DNA of 56,881 nucleotides. It comes from Hydrolagus affinis (lineage: Eukaryota). The stretch lies in the NCBI GenBank assembly GCA_012026655.1, contig JAAILG010002211.1:1-56881 (forward strand), in the 5' to 3' direction. Position numbers and translations under genes: made by a program. The notes beneath the pieces are model-generated. The model worked only from the letters and a program-made list of their open reading frames with translations, searched no databases and had not been told where the DNA came from. Numbering within the stretch: position 1 is the stretch's first letter; every line of letters starts with the position of its first letter. This document shows positions 1 through 11,960 of the stretch, one piece after another.

Positions 1-129
1 TTCTCTCGCCCCCCCCACCCCTTGCATACCTGTATATTGTATTCGAGGACCATGAATACAATATGGCGGCTTTGCACCTCGGTCTGTGCATTGTGTATAG
101 AGATGAGCATTCTGGGTCTTGTAGTTCAG

Positions 130-414
130 TGTGCGCGTATTCCGATTTTTTACCTCGATATATCGTTTTTCGATATATCGATATTTTGGAAATGCCTATA
201 TCAGCGTATCGATATGAAAATTATATTGGGTTTTAGCGATATATCGATATATCGCCGGACCCTACCGGACACTATATCCCGATGTTTGTGATGTACCTTT
301 TTTTTATATACCGAATTTTTCGATATACCGATATATTCAAATTTACAATATCGGCGTATCGATATGAAAAATTATACCGATATAACCGATATATCGATAT
401 ATCGCCGGACACTA
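130..414. mobile_element. hAT-like non-autonomous element, one end only, with tandemly duplicated termini; CpG/ATCGAT-rich
   Basis: Ends ...ATATCGCCGGACACTA at 414, with extra terminus-like copies ending at 264 and 274. Positions ~280-414 are the reverse complement of ~6643-6780. The other end was not found and may lie upstream of the window. Confidence 0.7.
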
Positions 415-519
415 GTCTACAGGATTGCCATATGTGATGCTGGGCATTGGTGGGGTGTGTTTTGTCCTCTGTGCATCGGTCATTGATGTGCCAAACCCAG
501 CTGAAGGATTATATTTAGA

Positions 520-735
520 GCCTTCAGCCTCTCTACCCCATCATTTGGAACTCCATCCCACACTGCCCTCGCATCGCTCCCTTGCCTCCTTCAAGACCAT
601 TTACTTTGGCCACCCTCTCTATCGCCCCCCCTCCCCCCACAACTCCCCAGCTCAGGCCCAAATCCCTGACTATCCAGTGTCTTGGGATGTCCTCCTGGAG
701 TGAAAAGCGCTCTATACAAATGTAATTTTGTATTA
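520..735 (+). mobile_element. L2-like LINE 3' fragment
   Basis: tggaactccatccc...ccttcaagacc...ttgggatgtcctcctggagtgaaaagcgctctatacaaatgtaattttg matches the 3' end of the L2 copies at 53215 and 54737. Confidence 0.65.
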
Positions 736-1209
736 TATATAATTTGGGCTCCCTCGTCTAGTTACTTGTTGCAGAGTTGAACAAAGTTCTGATTTCTTCA
801 GCTTTGCTGTATGAAACCACTATTACTGGTAACAGACACATATTAGTGGCAATCAAATATACCGTTTGGCAATTTAATAGGATTTTGCAAAGCCCAAGTT
901 CCAATTTATATATCTGCAGTGGGAGAGGTTCAGATGACTACACAGCGGGCTGCAATATCAAAGCTTCTCACAGCCAGTAATACGTTTTATACTGTTTACC
1001 CTGTTGGCAACAAACACTCTACATTTTCTCCAGCTCTGCTGTCACAGAAGGTTGGTCTCTGTTTTGTGATGGAGAGATGCCAGTGGTACTCTTAACTTGT
1101 ATGCCTTTGAAAACTCTGGTTATGTCTTTCCACGGCATAATTATATAAATAAACGCCTCTTAAAATGCTCCAGCCACTAAAACCAATTATTAATAAAGCT
1201 GATTATTTT

Positions 1210-2000
1210 TTAGAGGAGAGACCAGATAGTGTTAGTGTTCAGAGGGACTTGAGGATAGATTGAGTAAACTAGGCTTATATTCTCTAGTATATAGGGTGTC
1301 CTTGTACACGAGTCAGAAAAAGTTAGTCTGCAGGTACAGCAAGCAATTAGGAAAGCTAACGGTATTGGTGTTCATTACAAAAGGGTTAGAATATAAGAGT
1401 AGGGAAGTCTTGCTGCAACTGTATAGGGCCTCGGTGAGACCGCACCTAGAATATTGTGTGCAGTTTTGGTCTCCTTATTTAAGAAAGAACTTGCCTTAGA
1501 GGGGGTGCAGCATAGATTCACTAGGTTGGTTCCTGGGATGAGGTGGTTGAGTTATGAGGATAGGTTGAGTAAACTAAACCTGTATTCTCTAGTATATAGA
1601 AGAATTAGAGGTGATCTTATAGAAACCTATAAGATTATTAAGGGGCCATGACAGAGTAGACAGTGGGAGACTGTTTCCCCTGGTTGGACAAACTGCAACT
1701 AGGAGTCACAGTCTTAAGATTAGGGGTCAGCCTTTTCATACTGAGTTGAGGAAAAACTTCTTCACTCAGAGGGTAGCGAATTTATGGAATTCTCTACCCA
1801 CAAAAGGCTGTAGATGCTCAGTCCTTGAACATGTTCAAGACTGAAATTGACAAATTTTCTTATGGATAAAGGGATTAAGGGATATGGGGATAAGGCAGGG
1901 CAGATGGAGTTAAATTAGAAGATCAGCCATGATCTTATTGAATGGTGGGGCAGGCTTGAGGGGCCGGATGGCCTACTCCTGCTCCTAATTCTTATGTTTT
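1210..2000 (+). mobile_element. CR1-like LINE 3' fragment (degenerate RT C-terminus plus 3' UTR)
   Basis: Encodes [30 protein letters not shown] and LSYEDRL..RRIRGDLIETYKII, with frameshifts; tail cctactcctgctcctaattcttatg. Confidence 0.9.
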
Positions 2001-2001
2001 T

Positions 2002-2370
2002 ATAATAATAATCCTTGCATTTGATATAGCGTCTATACAGGTCTTCGAGACATCTCAAAGAGCTTCACAGTATATTCTGTAAAGTGAATTGAGTGTATAT
2101 TTTTGGGGCAAAATGCAGTAGCCAATTTCCCAAGCAGTGTCCCACAAACAGGCGTGGATTGAATGACCAAATTATTATTTTGTTTGAAGGGATTTTTGCC
2201 CCTGGAAAAATGATCTGCCAATCGACTAATAGCCAGATTATTTTTTACTGCCAGGTAAATAGAGCCGAGTGGAGGAAGGAAACTTGCCCAACGATTTACC
2301 CACCTGGGAATCAGACTCGGGTCTTCTGGCTTGTGAGGCGAGTGCTCTAACCACTGAGCTACAGGACTTC
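2002..2370 (-). mobile_element. tRNA-derived SINE, full length (long form), L2-like tail
   Basis: Minus strand begins gaagtcctgtagctcagtggttagagcactcgcc (A box), has the body gtttgtgggacactgct...ttggctac, and ends atcaaatgcaaggattattattat. Confidence 0.85.
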
Positions 2371-3524
2371 ATTTTGCTGCCTTAATATAACTTTTTCCCT
2401 GCATCTTCTCTGTACACTGTTCATAGGAAGTCTGTATTTCTCACAGAAAACAATGCGCTGCTGATTATTTATTTACTAGTGTTTGAGACCCACATGTCTC
2501 ATTTGTTACCTGAGATAGAGATAGCCTTATCTCTCTCTCTCTCTCTTTCCCTAAACAGTGAATCTGATGCTGTATGAGCTGGTATCTGGAGGGAAATGAT
2601 ATGAGTATTTTGCTGGTGTTTGGAGGCAGCGGGTTTTATTTGTGCGATGAGTATAGAACGGACTTAATGATACTATAGTTTGCTACTTCTTACTTTTGGG
2701 GGTGTCAGTGGCTGCTGGTCTGCAACACAGTTTAGAACTGCCGCACAGCTTGGAGCCTCGTCCTGCCAAAGTACTGGTCTGCTTGTAAGATGATTGGATA
2801 AATTCCCAAACTGGAGGTGGGGAGAGCACACACTAAAGTGGACAAGTCCCTGATTGAGTCATATTGTATCCTTGAAAACCACTACTCATTCCAAAGAATA
2901 TACAGGATTTAATAAAATGCTGCTATTCCAACCTTTTGATTCTCAGTGCAGGGCTTGGTTGGATGGTGTGAGAGGTACAGAAATGTAAGATTCTATTTGT
3001 TTCTTTTAAACAAATCCAAATACTGCATCATCTGTATCATCATTGTATCATCTTCCAGATCTACACTCCAGTCTTGACAAACGTTCCTGCTGAATTCAGC
3101 ATAACAAATTAATTTTTTCAGTAACTACAAAGTCCTTCCTCACTTATAAAAGCTTTCTGTTCCTCTTTACATCTTGGCATTACATCCTACACTTAGACTG
3201 TTCAGTACTGTACAACTGAACTGGTCCCAGAGCCCCTTCAAATGGGGTCAGTGGGTTAATCCCCTCCCTGCTCCAGAGTCATACATTTGGTGACCTAGAA
3301 TCGATTAGCAAATCATTTCATCAGCTCACTGTAACAGCACAGTTATATGTAGCTGCTTAATCTGACTGAGATAGAGGGAGCTGCAAACCGTTTTATTTCC
3401 GCTTTGACTAACCACAGGTTGGCAGTGACCTGATCAACTGAAATATAATGGCATCTTATACCTCTTCTCTTCTTAACCTTGGTAAGGTGTCCCCCCGCGG
3501 ACACCCCCCACATCGGTGGCTTAA

Positions 3525-3780
3525 AAATAATAATAATAATCCTTGCATTTGATATAGCACTTTACATGTCTTCTAGATGCCTCAAAGCACTTCACAGAAT
3601 ATGCTGTAAGAATATACTCGAATATACTCGAAGCGCTCTGAGACGCCGTCTGGTGTGGAGGGCGCTAAATAAATCGAAGTTGTTGTCGTTACTGTACAGT
3701 GAATTGACTGTATGTTTGTAGGCGAAATTTGGCAGCGAATTTTGCACAGCAGCGTCCCCACAAGCAGTTGTGGATATTCA
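3525..3780 (-). mobile_element. SINE 3' part, interrupted by an opposite-strand L2-like tail (~3608-3690)
   Basis: ataataatccttgcatttgatatagcac...cacttcacagaata[insert]actgtacagtgaattgactg...cccacaagcagttgtgga. Confidence 0.75.
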
Positions 3781-5305
3781 AAATGATGTTCATATGACTT
3801 AAATAATCATTCTTACATTTGGTATAGTGCCTTTCAAATTGGACAGACATCTCAAAAGCAACAACTCAAAAACTTCACTGTAAATACTTGTAAAAGCATT
3901 AATGACTGTACTCTATAGATTACATCTGAGCACTTGGTGGAAATTAACTTCAACACAGCAATGGAATGTCACTGGTCTTGTGAATGTTCTCTCAGCAAAC
4001 GCAACCTGTATTAATTTCCTGACAATACGAGCCGTGGTTGATTCAGCCTCAAACAGAAAGCAGCCACCATGGGCTGTGTGTGATGGCAGATTCTTGGGAT
4101 TGGCGCTGTGTGGGTGGGTGAGATTTGAGACCCTCGGCCACACAATCACCTCAGCAGCCTCTCAAATTGACCTTGCAGCATATACTGGAGAACCAATGGG
4201 ACTCCTACAGAACGACTCTGCCTCGTGCTAAAATTTGGGTGTCTTTCACACAGCTACACTCACATATTTGATTTTACTTTGAAAAACCCACTGAAGCTAG
4301 CTGGGGTGCGATTGGAAGTGTCTCACTTATCAAAGGACTTCTGACATGTGTGTACAACAAGGTTTACAAATCCAATGCTGACGCCGATTTATTTTTGGAC
4401 TCAAGGTCAAGAGTATCTGAGATATGTTTGGCAGCTACACGCTAAAGCCTTGGCATGTGGCTGTGTGCTCAGACCCCCTTTGTACAGCGTGCCCCACATC
4501 ACAGGCAGCCACCCAACACTGTGCCGGACTGCGTAAGGTTAAGGAGGCAGCTATGTTATTCCCTGCTGTGCTTTGTACCGCTGTGAAGGATTAGGAGCAG
4601 GGTCTCTGTTTGTTCAGTTGTTATGTGATATGTGGATGTATTGGCACGAGTTGGAATACACAATGAGAGGAGGTGTCCGGGCGTGCTTAACTGTTGGCTG
4701 AATGTTAACAGGATTCTCTGTTCTATGTTGTTGAATCAAAAGATGGTAAAAACAATGCAATGTGCCTTGAAGGATGAATTCCCTGAACCCACTTCACTCG
4801 GATTTGTTGGAATGCTTTGTGACCATCAGATATTGACCATAAGATTAAAAAGGAAATTAGATGAACGTTTGTATAACAGGTTCAGGAAGGAGTCAGCAAA
4901 TTGGATTAGAATCAATAGCTCCATCGGATGGGCTGAATGGCTTTGGATTTTGTATCATTTCGAAGTCTTGATCGTAGGCAACAACAATAACAACTTGCAC
5001 ATATATCATGCCTTTCAGAACACTTATAGTAAAGACTGGTGAAGGACATGTTTTTGAACCAGTGTGTGGTGTCTACGACAGTCTTTTGGGTGAAGAGCTC
5101 TGAGACCCTACCCCACGCAGAGGGCTCTATATAAGTGCAAATTGTTGTTGAAGTACCCAGTATATATTATATCTAAATTGTTACCATAACATCTCGCTCA
5201 TTAATAGTATTTATGAACCCAACATTTAATGGATAATGTTCACAATGTGAAGCAGTGTTCGGCTCTGGTAACTCACAGTATCAGCTGCCAAGTAGCTATC
5301 AAGAC

Positions 5306-5624
5306 TGTAGTCTTGTAACTCAGTGATTAGAACACTTGCTTTGCAAGCGAGAGACCTGTGTTAACCTCCAGTCAGGGCGAAACCTTGGGCAAGTTTCCTT
5401 AGTCCACACACCTGATAATAATCCCGTGGATAAAAAAAACAATAATAAATTTGTCATTTCACCCCACGACTGTTTGTGGGACACTGCTGTGCGCAATTGG
5501 CTGCTGCGTTTCTCTCACAAATATACAGTCAATTCACTTTACTGTATATTCAGTCAAGCGCTTTGAGACATCTAGAAGATGTGATAAGGTACTACATCAA
5601 ATGCAAGTATTATTATTAATTATT
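5306..5624 (+). mobile_element. tRNA-derived SINE, near full length
   Basis: Head gtagtcttgtaactcagtgattagaacac, body gggcgaaaccttgggcaagtttcc, tail caaatgcaagtattattatt. Confidence 0.85.
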
Positions 5625-6084
5625 GGTGGAAATCCTCCCTCTAACACCAGGGGTTCAGATCTTAACAATTCATGGAGTGTGTCAGAACTTGGCCACTCTG
5701 TGCCAGCAGTGTTGCCCGCCTGCCCACCCGCCCACCACTTCATTCATTGTCAACTTTCTGGATTGCATTATAAAGTTTTGCTAAATTAACCTGACATAAA
5801 TCGCAAACTAATGGCCTCTCCGTAAGACTTGAAAAATCACACTTGCAACAGGAAATCAAGGTTAGTTTTCTCAGAAGGAAGTTAATAGTATCCGACTCAA
5901 TACTGGTGCAATAGAGAGGATGGAGGCACATCAAGCACAGAGACGCCAGAGAAACTTCCTGGGTCACCCATGGCTTCCAGTCGTTTGCTGAGAAGTTTTC
6001 TACAAATAATTAGATGAAACTCTGCCATTTGGGAAGGATGGCGTTGGCATAAGACAAACAGAACACCTTACACTGTGTGTATAC

Positions 6085-6326
6085 AAAACCTTGGACAAGT
6101 TTCCTTACTCCACACGCCTAATAATAATCCTTCCAAAAAAAACCTACAATAATAAAATTGGTCATTTCAATCCATGACTGTTTGTGGGACACTGCTGTGC
6201 GCAATTGGCTGCCGCGTTTCGCCCACATATATACAGTCAATTCACTTTACAGAACATTCTGTGAAGCGCTTTGAGATATCTAAGATGTGAAAAGAGCTAT
6301 ATTAAATGCAAGGATTATTATTATTA
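6085..6326 (+). mobile_element. SINE, 5' truncated
   Basis: aaaccttggacaagtttccttactccacacg...aaatgcaaggattattattatt. Confidence 0.85.
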
Positions 6327-6597
6327 TACAGTACCTTGCCGTGGAGCTAGAGCATGGAAGGTTTGATGCTTTACCATAGTCTGTTCTTCATACAGTGTCC
6401 GTTCTTCACACAGTGCCCATGTGTGTGAAAAAGGAATATAGCTCCTAAATATTTGTTAACAATATAAATCTGAGCACAATATTAAACGCCAGTAGGTTAG
6501 GTTATGAACAAATCACATTTGAGAAGTAAAAGCAGTGTGAGCAGGTGTTCATTAATTAATGCTGTCTCTGACTTCCAATTCAACTTCTAATTCACAT

Positions 6598-7290
6598 TCC
6601 TCCATCTCTACAAGGTTGCTCGCCTCCACCATAAGCTCATACTAGTGTCTGGCGATATATCGATTATATCGGTATAATTTTTCATATTGATATGCCGATA
6701 TTGAAAATTCAAATATATTGGAATATCAAAAAATTCAATATATAAAAAAAAATCGGTATATCGCAAATATCGGTATATTGGTATAAAGCGAACTTTTTCA
6801 ACTTACCAACTGCTCTCCGCTAGAGCACGGAATGCGCGTGCATATCGGAATGCGAGCGCACCTCCGAATGTGCGCGCAAACACAGGATTAAAAAAAACGG
6901 TATATCAGTATATATCGATATGAACCAAATGATATATCGATATCGGAAAATTTCCATATCGACGGACCCTAGCTCATACCCAACACGGCCAAGTACCTCA
7001 TCCATGCCTATGGCGTCTCCAGACCCCAATACTCTCTCTGCCACTATTGGTGGGTTATCTTTCAGCTCCTTTGCCCTGATCGCTGGAACTTTCTTCTAAA
7101 ACTCCCCGCCTCTCCCTCTCTGCCTACAAATCCTCCTTCTGATAACCCCCATCTCTTCGACTGCACCCAAAGCCACCCTCTTCCTTCCTGTCCTACTTCC
7201 AGCTTGATCTTTCACTCAGTTTTTGTGAAGGGCTTTGAGACTTTATCCCTTCATGAAAGGCCAGCACAGTGCAAATGATTGTGTGGTTTT
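6598..7290 (+). mobile_element. L2-like LINE 3' fragment, split by the hAT MITE
   Basis: Joined across the MITE it reads like the L2 ORF2 end (HLYKVARL...AKYLIHAY..SR), then tggaact...ccttc...gtgaagggctttgagac...gaaagg tail. Confidence 0.6.
6643..6971. mobile_element. hAT-superfamily MITE (329 bp) with 8-bp TSD, inserted in an L2 fragment
   Basis: Imperfect terminal inverted repeats (TIRs) TAGTGTCTGGCGATAT / ATATCGACGGACCCTA, flanked by an exact GCTCATAC duplication at 6635-6642 and 6972-6979. An 8-bp TSD with TAG-type termini is typical of hAT. Confidence 0.88.
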
Positions 7291-7911
7291 GCGTTTCCCA
7301 CACTCGCCACAGTTTGTTTTATATTTGGGATGTTCTGGTAAAAGCCAGTGACAATCCTGTAACTGGAGACCTGTTACCTAGTAATATTGGTACAATCACT
7401 CACTTACTGATTCCCAACTTGTATAAATATACATTAGCACTCAAAGTATTAAACTATTCTTAGAAAATAGTTTGCACGAGTCCCGTTTCTTCTCTAAGGA
7501 TCAGATTTTGGATGCACATCAACAGGAGAGGTGAATAGCAAAGCCATAGCATCAGTTGCTAACTGAACGCCTCTGAGACAGAGCTGGTGCTGTTATGTGT
7601 GTGCGATAGAACCTCAAAGCCACAGAAAATAATCCTTGGCTCAGTCTCCAACTTCATCTCATTTTATTTATTAGTTTATGGAAAGTATTAACTCTTCCAA
7701 GTTTTTTTTAGAAAGAAATGTGAAATGTTTTAACTGAAAATACTGCTTTTCAATAAAAATATTTATTACTCAGATTTTCACTTTGTTACTTGGGTTGCTA
7801 TTTGTCTATTTACAAAATGTGACTTTTTCAAATAAGAAAAATAACAAAGATTTGAATGGGACCAAAAGCTTATTCTACAGCAAGACAAATAGGAGATGAG
7901 ATGAAATCGAT

Positions 7912-8075
7912 AATAATTATTATTACATTTGATGCAGCAACTTAGCACATAGTTGTAACATCTAAAAGCGCTTCACAGAATATCCTGTAAATTGTATTGA
8001 CTGTATTTTGCAGGTGAACCGTGACAGCCAATTGTACACAGCAGTCATGCAACCAGTTGTGGATTGAGTAACCAA
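7912..8075 (-). mobile_element. SINE 3' fragment
   Basis: ataataattattattacatttgatgcagc...aaagcgcttcacagaatatcctgtaaa...cagccaattgtacacagcag. Confidence 0.7.
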
Positions 8076-10878
8076 ACATGTGGTGCTTTGCTCACTGAAA
8101 TCAAGTGATGTAACCGTTTAAATCTATTGGTAGCAGGTTCTTGTAACATCTCATCCCCTATTTGTCTTTCTGTAGAATAAGCCTTTGGTCCCATTAGGAT
8201 CTTTGTTAATTTTCTTATTGAAGAAGCAACATTTTTAGAATGTTTTAACATAATTACAGCAGTATAATAATAAACGTTGGTTTATTTACAATGTGCTGTC
8301 AAGCGTGTATATAAAATTAGTGTATAATATGACTGCTGCTTTTAGATATATTAGTATTTAACAGTAAAGGTTTTAATGTGCAATTAATTCAGCAGCAATA
8401 GCTTTCAGTTGATGGATGGTTAGTCCCATGTGTGACTGAGTGGCTGTTCAGCTCCATTGTATGTGTTACAATGCACTCTAGATAAGGAAAGAGCAGACCT
8501 TACTGTTTGCCGAGTGCCTATCCAATCTAATGAAAAAAAACAAAGCATCCAGAAAAATATATTGCTGACATCCCTGTCTTTGTGAGAAAGCTGCTATATG
8601 GTGTAAAAATAAGTGCAATCAGTATTAACTATTGTATCTTTGCTAATGGAGAGATATTGAAACAAAGCTGTCTGCTTGAGGGAAAAAGAAGAAACTGTAA
8701 TGAAAAATTGTTTACATGAAAATGCGTTTGAATTCTGAACTAATTACTCTTTGAATTGAATTACATAAAAACAAATTTCAACACAAGTTGTCCATAGATT
8801 CCTGGGGTGTCCCAGTTGTGTCTGGGGCGGGAGCTGCTGGGAGTGGAGCTTGGCAGTGATTGTGAACAGCATCCATACACACTAAACCCTCCTGGACCCG
8901 TTGGTGAAATGGGTCTTTATATGAAGACGAATGGTCAGCACATACAGTACTGACCCAACGGTGCTGCCAACAGAGGCTGCACTAGTAATTGTAAACTCTT
9001 AACACTGAGCATTTCATAATCAGTCCTGTGAGCTGCTCCAGAGGCACTTTGCTAGTGGCTGTTCATTAGAGAAGCTGATTCCTGGCGACATTGTCTTTTG
9101 TATTTATACCTCTTCAATTTTAAGTACTTCTGATGTGACAACAACATGTACCTGTAGCAATTCGCTGTATAAAGTTTGATGACTTTTGATGACTTGTGTT
9201 GGAGTGATTATCTGGGGTTTTGAGGCAGAGATAGTCAGACTGGAATAAAGGGACGGTTAATGAAAGGCGTGGTCATGGTTCCCTAATTGGAATGTAGCTG
9301 ATTCTGGTGAAAGGCCTTGCAATAGGAAGGCAGCGATCGCTGTGCATCTCATTTAAGTATTTCTTTGCACAAGAGCTGTTGCTAGAATAGTGTTAGTATT
9401 CTCAGCAACAAGCCATTTACAGTGCGTTTCCTTTGCTGCCGCTTGAAATGGCCACAAGATTAATTTGCAGCCGTGTTTACGAATTATCTGCACTTAATCA
9501 GAGCTATCGCTAGTAACAAACTGTTTTTAAAGAATAAAGTAACCCGCGTGCACGAGATTTCACTCTTAACAGCGCATCACAGCGATGGGAACAACACTGA
9601 GGCCAAACCTCGCCAACGCATGAATGAATGAGTGTATGGAAATGTCGACTAAATGACTGAGGCTCAGTTCACGCAAACAAAGATATTTTGTGTCAAACTG
9701 ACGAGTGGAATTTGACTTTGTCTCACCTGTTTTCCCGTGTCAGCAACTTCAGAATTTCAGAACATAAATTAATCAACTCATCTCAATTTAGCACCAGTTC
9801 ACACATATATACATGAAGTGTGTGGATTTGTTTGTTCACCACCGGCACTTTGATGTGTAATGTGATTACTTATTCTTCTCAGATCACAAGAAAGGTTCCA
9901 AATTTAGATTGTATCTCAACGGTTTGACTATCTATCACAAGAGAAATTTAGGTGACGGATTCCTTTAGTCCACATGATCTCATCCTGAAATACCCACCCA
10001 TACGTCTTCTCATTAGTGCACTACTAAGCAATTTCTTGAATGAATCCAGTGTCCTGATCAGCCGACCTGGTAATCTGTTCCAGCTGTTGACTGCTCTCTG
10101 TAAATAAATAATTCCTTATCTCTGTCCAAAGATGGCTTTTCACAACATTGAACCTGCGCCCTCTTGGTGTGTCTGAAAATACTGGTGTGGATTGATTTTC
10201 TGTTATTTAACATCATGCAAACCTCTCGGATCCCTTCTGAGATGTCTCTTTTACATCCGTGGAATGTTCGTAGCTAATTGGTCAACCTCCTTTACTGCTA
10301 TATGAGAGTCTATGGGAGATGGATTGACCTTTATCCCCCAAGGGATATTTTTTCCAGACATGTCTACTGGGTAATGCACCTACTTATTTTGTCAACTCCC
10401 TTGTGAAAAGCCTTGTTCACTTCACAGGTTACTGAATTTCAGCCTCAGACAGGTTTACTTGTGCCATGCAGGGCACAGTCTGCACTAGCTGTGCTGTTTG
10501 GGGCTGTGCTGCTGCTAACATCAGATGTTTGATATTGAACTAATGAGAGGATACTTGAGAATATAGCTGGGAAGCAACTAGTAAATTGAGGACAGAGTCT
10601 AAAGGTTCTTTATGCTATAATGTAGAAAATTAATGCAGTTGAGTAGATTGGGCAAAGATTACTGTATATTTAAGAACAGTATGTAAGAACTAAGTTTAAA
10701 AACTGGCTGAATGAATCGCATCCCAGGATATTTTACTGAGGATAGAATTGGTGCTCAAATGCTGTTTATAATGTGTTGAATCTAGTTTATTGCTAGTTTT
10801 ACTGTATCTAGTTTTATTGGGCAAATCGTGAGTGAGTGAAGTGTTTGCACTCACACCTTATTCTATTGAATCTTACAG

Positions 10879-10927
10879 AGCCGATGAAATTGAAATAATC
10901 ATGACAGATGTGGAACGAGCCAATCAG
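10879..10927 (+). CDS. CUX1: CUX1 coding exon (~exon 9, 49 nt), coiled-coil: (K)ADEIEIIMTDVERANQ
   Basis: Boundaries tcttacag|A GCC GAT ... AAT CAG|gtaacc; peptide nearly identical to human ADEIEMIMTDLERANQ. Not in the ORF track. Confidence 0.93.
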
Positions 10928-11412
10928 GTAACCAATCTTTTACAACAACAACAATATTACACTTGTATAGTGCTTTTCACGTCAGGAGGACGTCGCATGG
11001 AAAGCCTTTGACTGGGTATTTGCTCTTTCTATCATTGTGTCCCTCTCCTTTTCCCTCCCCCCTTCAGTGCCAAACAAATCCCCTTTGGTCTCATCTGTGG
11101 AAAAAGAAATTGAATAAAAGAACCTTGTTCCACTTGTTTTCATTCTGTCTGAAAAACTCACTGAGCTGCGACATTAATATCAGCAGGGATTCCTTGCTCC
11201 TAGCGTAAAATTACTGTCATAATCACTCAATTATTTCCTTCTTGTAACTGTTTAAAATGAATATCCATCACTTTCAGTATTTTCTCTTTACTTTATTAGC
11301 TTGACTGTTAAGGAAAATCTGTTCTAGTCAGTGACGCAGAAATTGATTAATGGAGCTGTATAATTTGTCAGCTGTTGAACGAGCGCATTTTGTTTTCCAT
11401 CCTTTTCCTCAG

Positions 11413-11517
11413 AGGGCAGAGGTGTCTCAGAGAGAGGCCGAGATCTTACGGGAGCAGCTTTCCTCAGCTAACAAATCCCTCCAGCTGGCCACTCAGATAC
11501 AGAAGGCACCTGATGTG
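11413..11517 (+). CDS. CUX1: CUX1 coding exon (~exon 10, 105 nt): [35 protein letters not shown]
   Basis: Boundaries ttttcctcag|AGG ... GAT GTG|gtaagg; lies within ORF 11350..11718. Confidence 0.95.
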
Positions 11518-11769
11518 GTAAGGCACTGCACTACGCACCATCAGTCACATCCAAGGCTGACTTGCAACGCATTTTCCACTTCAGAACTGTCGTATCCACT
11601 TTCCAACAATCCACTCATCAATTTCAGCTCAATTTTGTACATTTATATTCAGCCAGCACACACGACATTCAGACCCACTGGGGCTAGAGTTGGTACTCTA
11701 ACCGGGTGGAAAAAATAACCCAAATTGATCAAACCAAAATAATGAGGTAAAGCAGCTTGCCTGTTTATT

Positions 11770-11960
11770 TAACTTATATATGCACATACGTAGCACCCCT
11801 CACAAACAGTAATATCTCAGAGCTTTTGACGTGGCACATTTGCCGAGCAGGTGGGCTTAAGGTGACGTAGGCACGGAAAGAGAGGAAAGTCTTCAGACGT
11901 GATCTGAAGATGGGGAAGGAAGCAAAGTGGCAAAGGATAGAGGAAGAGTTTTCAGAAACT
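11770..11960 (-). mobile_element. L2-like LINE 3' fragment
   Basis: Minus strand reads NSSSIL...FPIFRSRLKTFLSFRAY, the usual L2 ORF2 end (FK..LKT.LF), followed by the tail. Confidence 0.55.

Noticed and set aside
5451-5789. Recurring ORF family TVCGTLLCAIGC...QSIHFTVYSVKRFE (also 16478, 24411, 52528)
   Set aside because: Chance translation of the repeated SINE body, not a protein family.
1-10878. Search for CUX1 exon 8 (ALEKTRTELFDLKTKYDEE) or a nested gene
   Set aside because: No match found; the region appears intronic, and its ORFs are short and repeat-derived or random.
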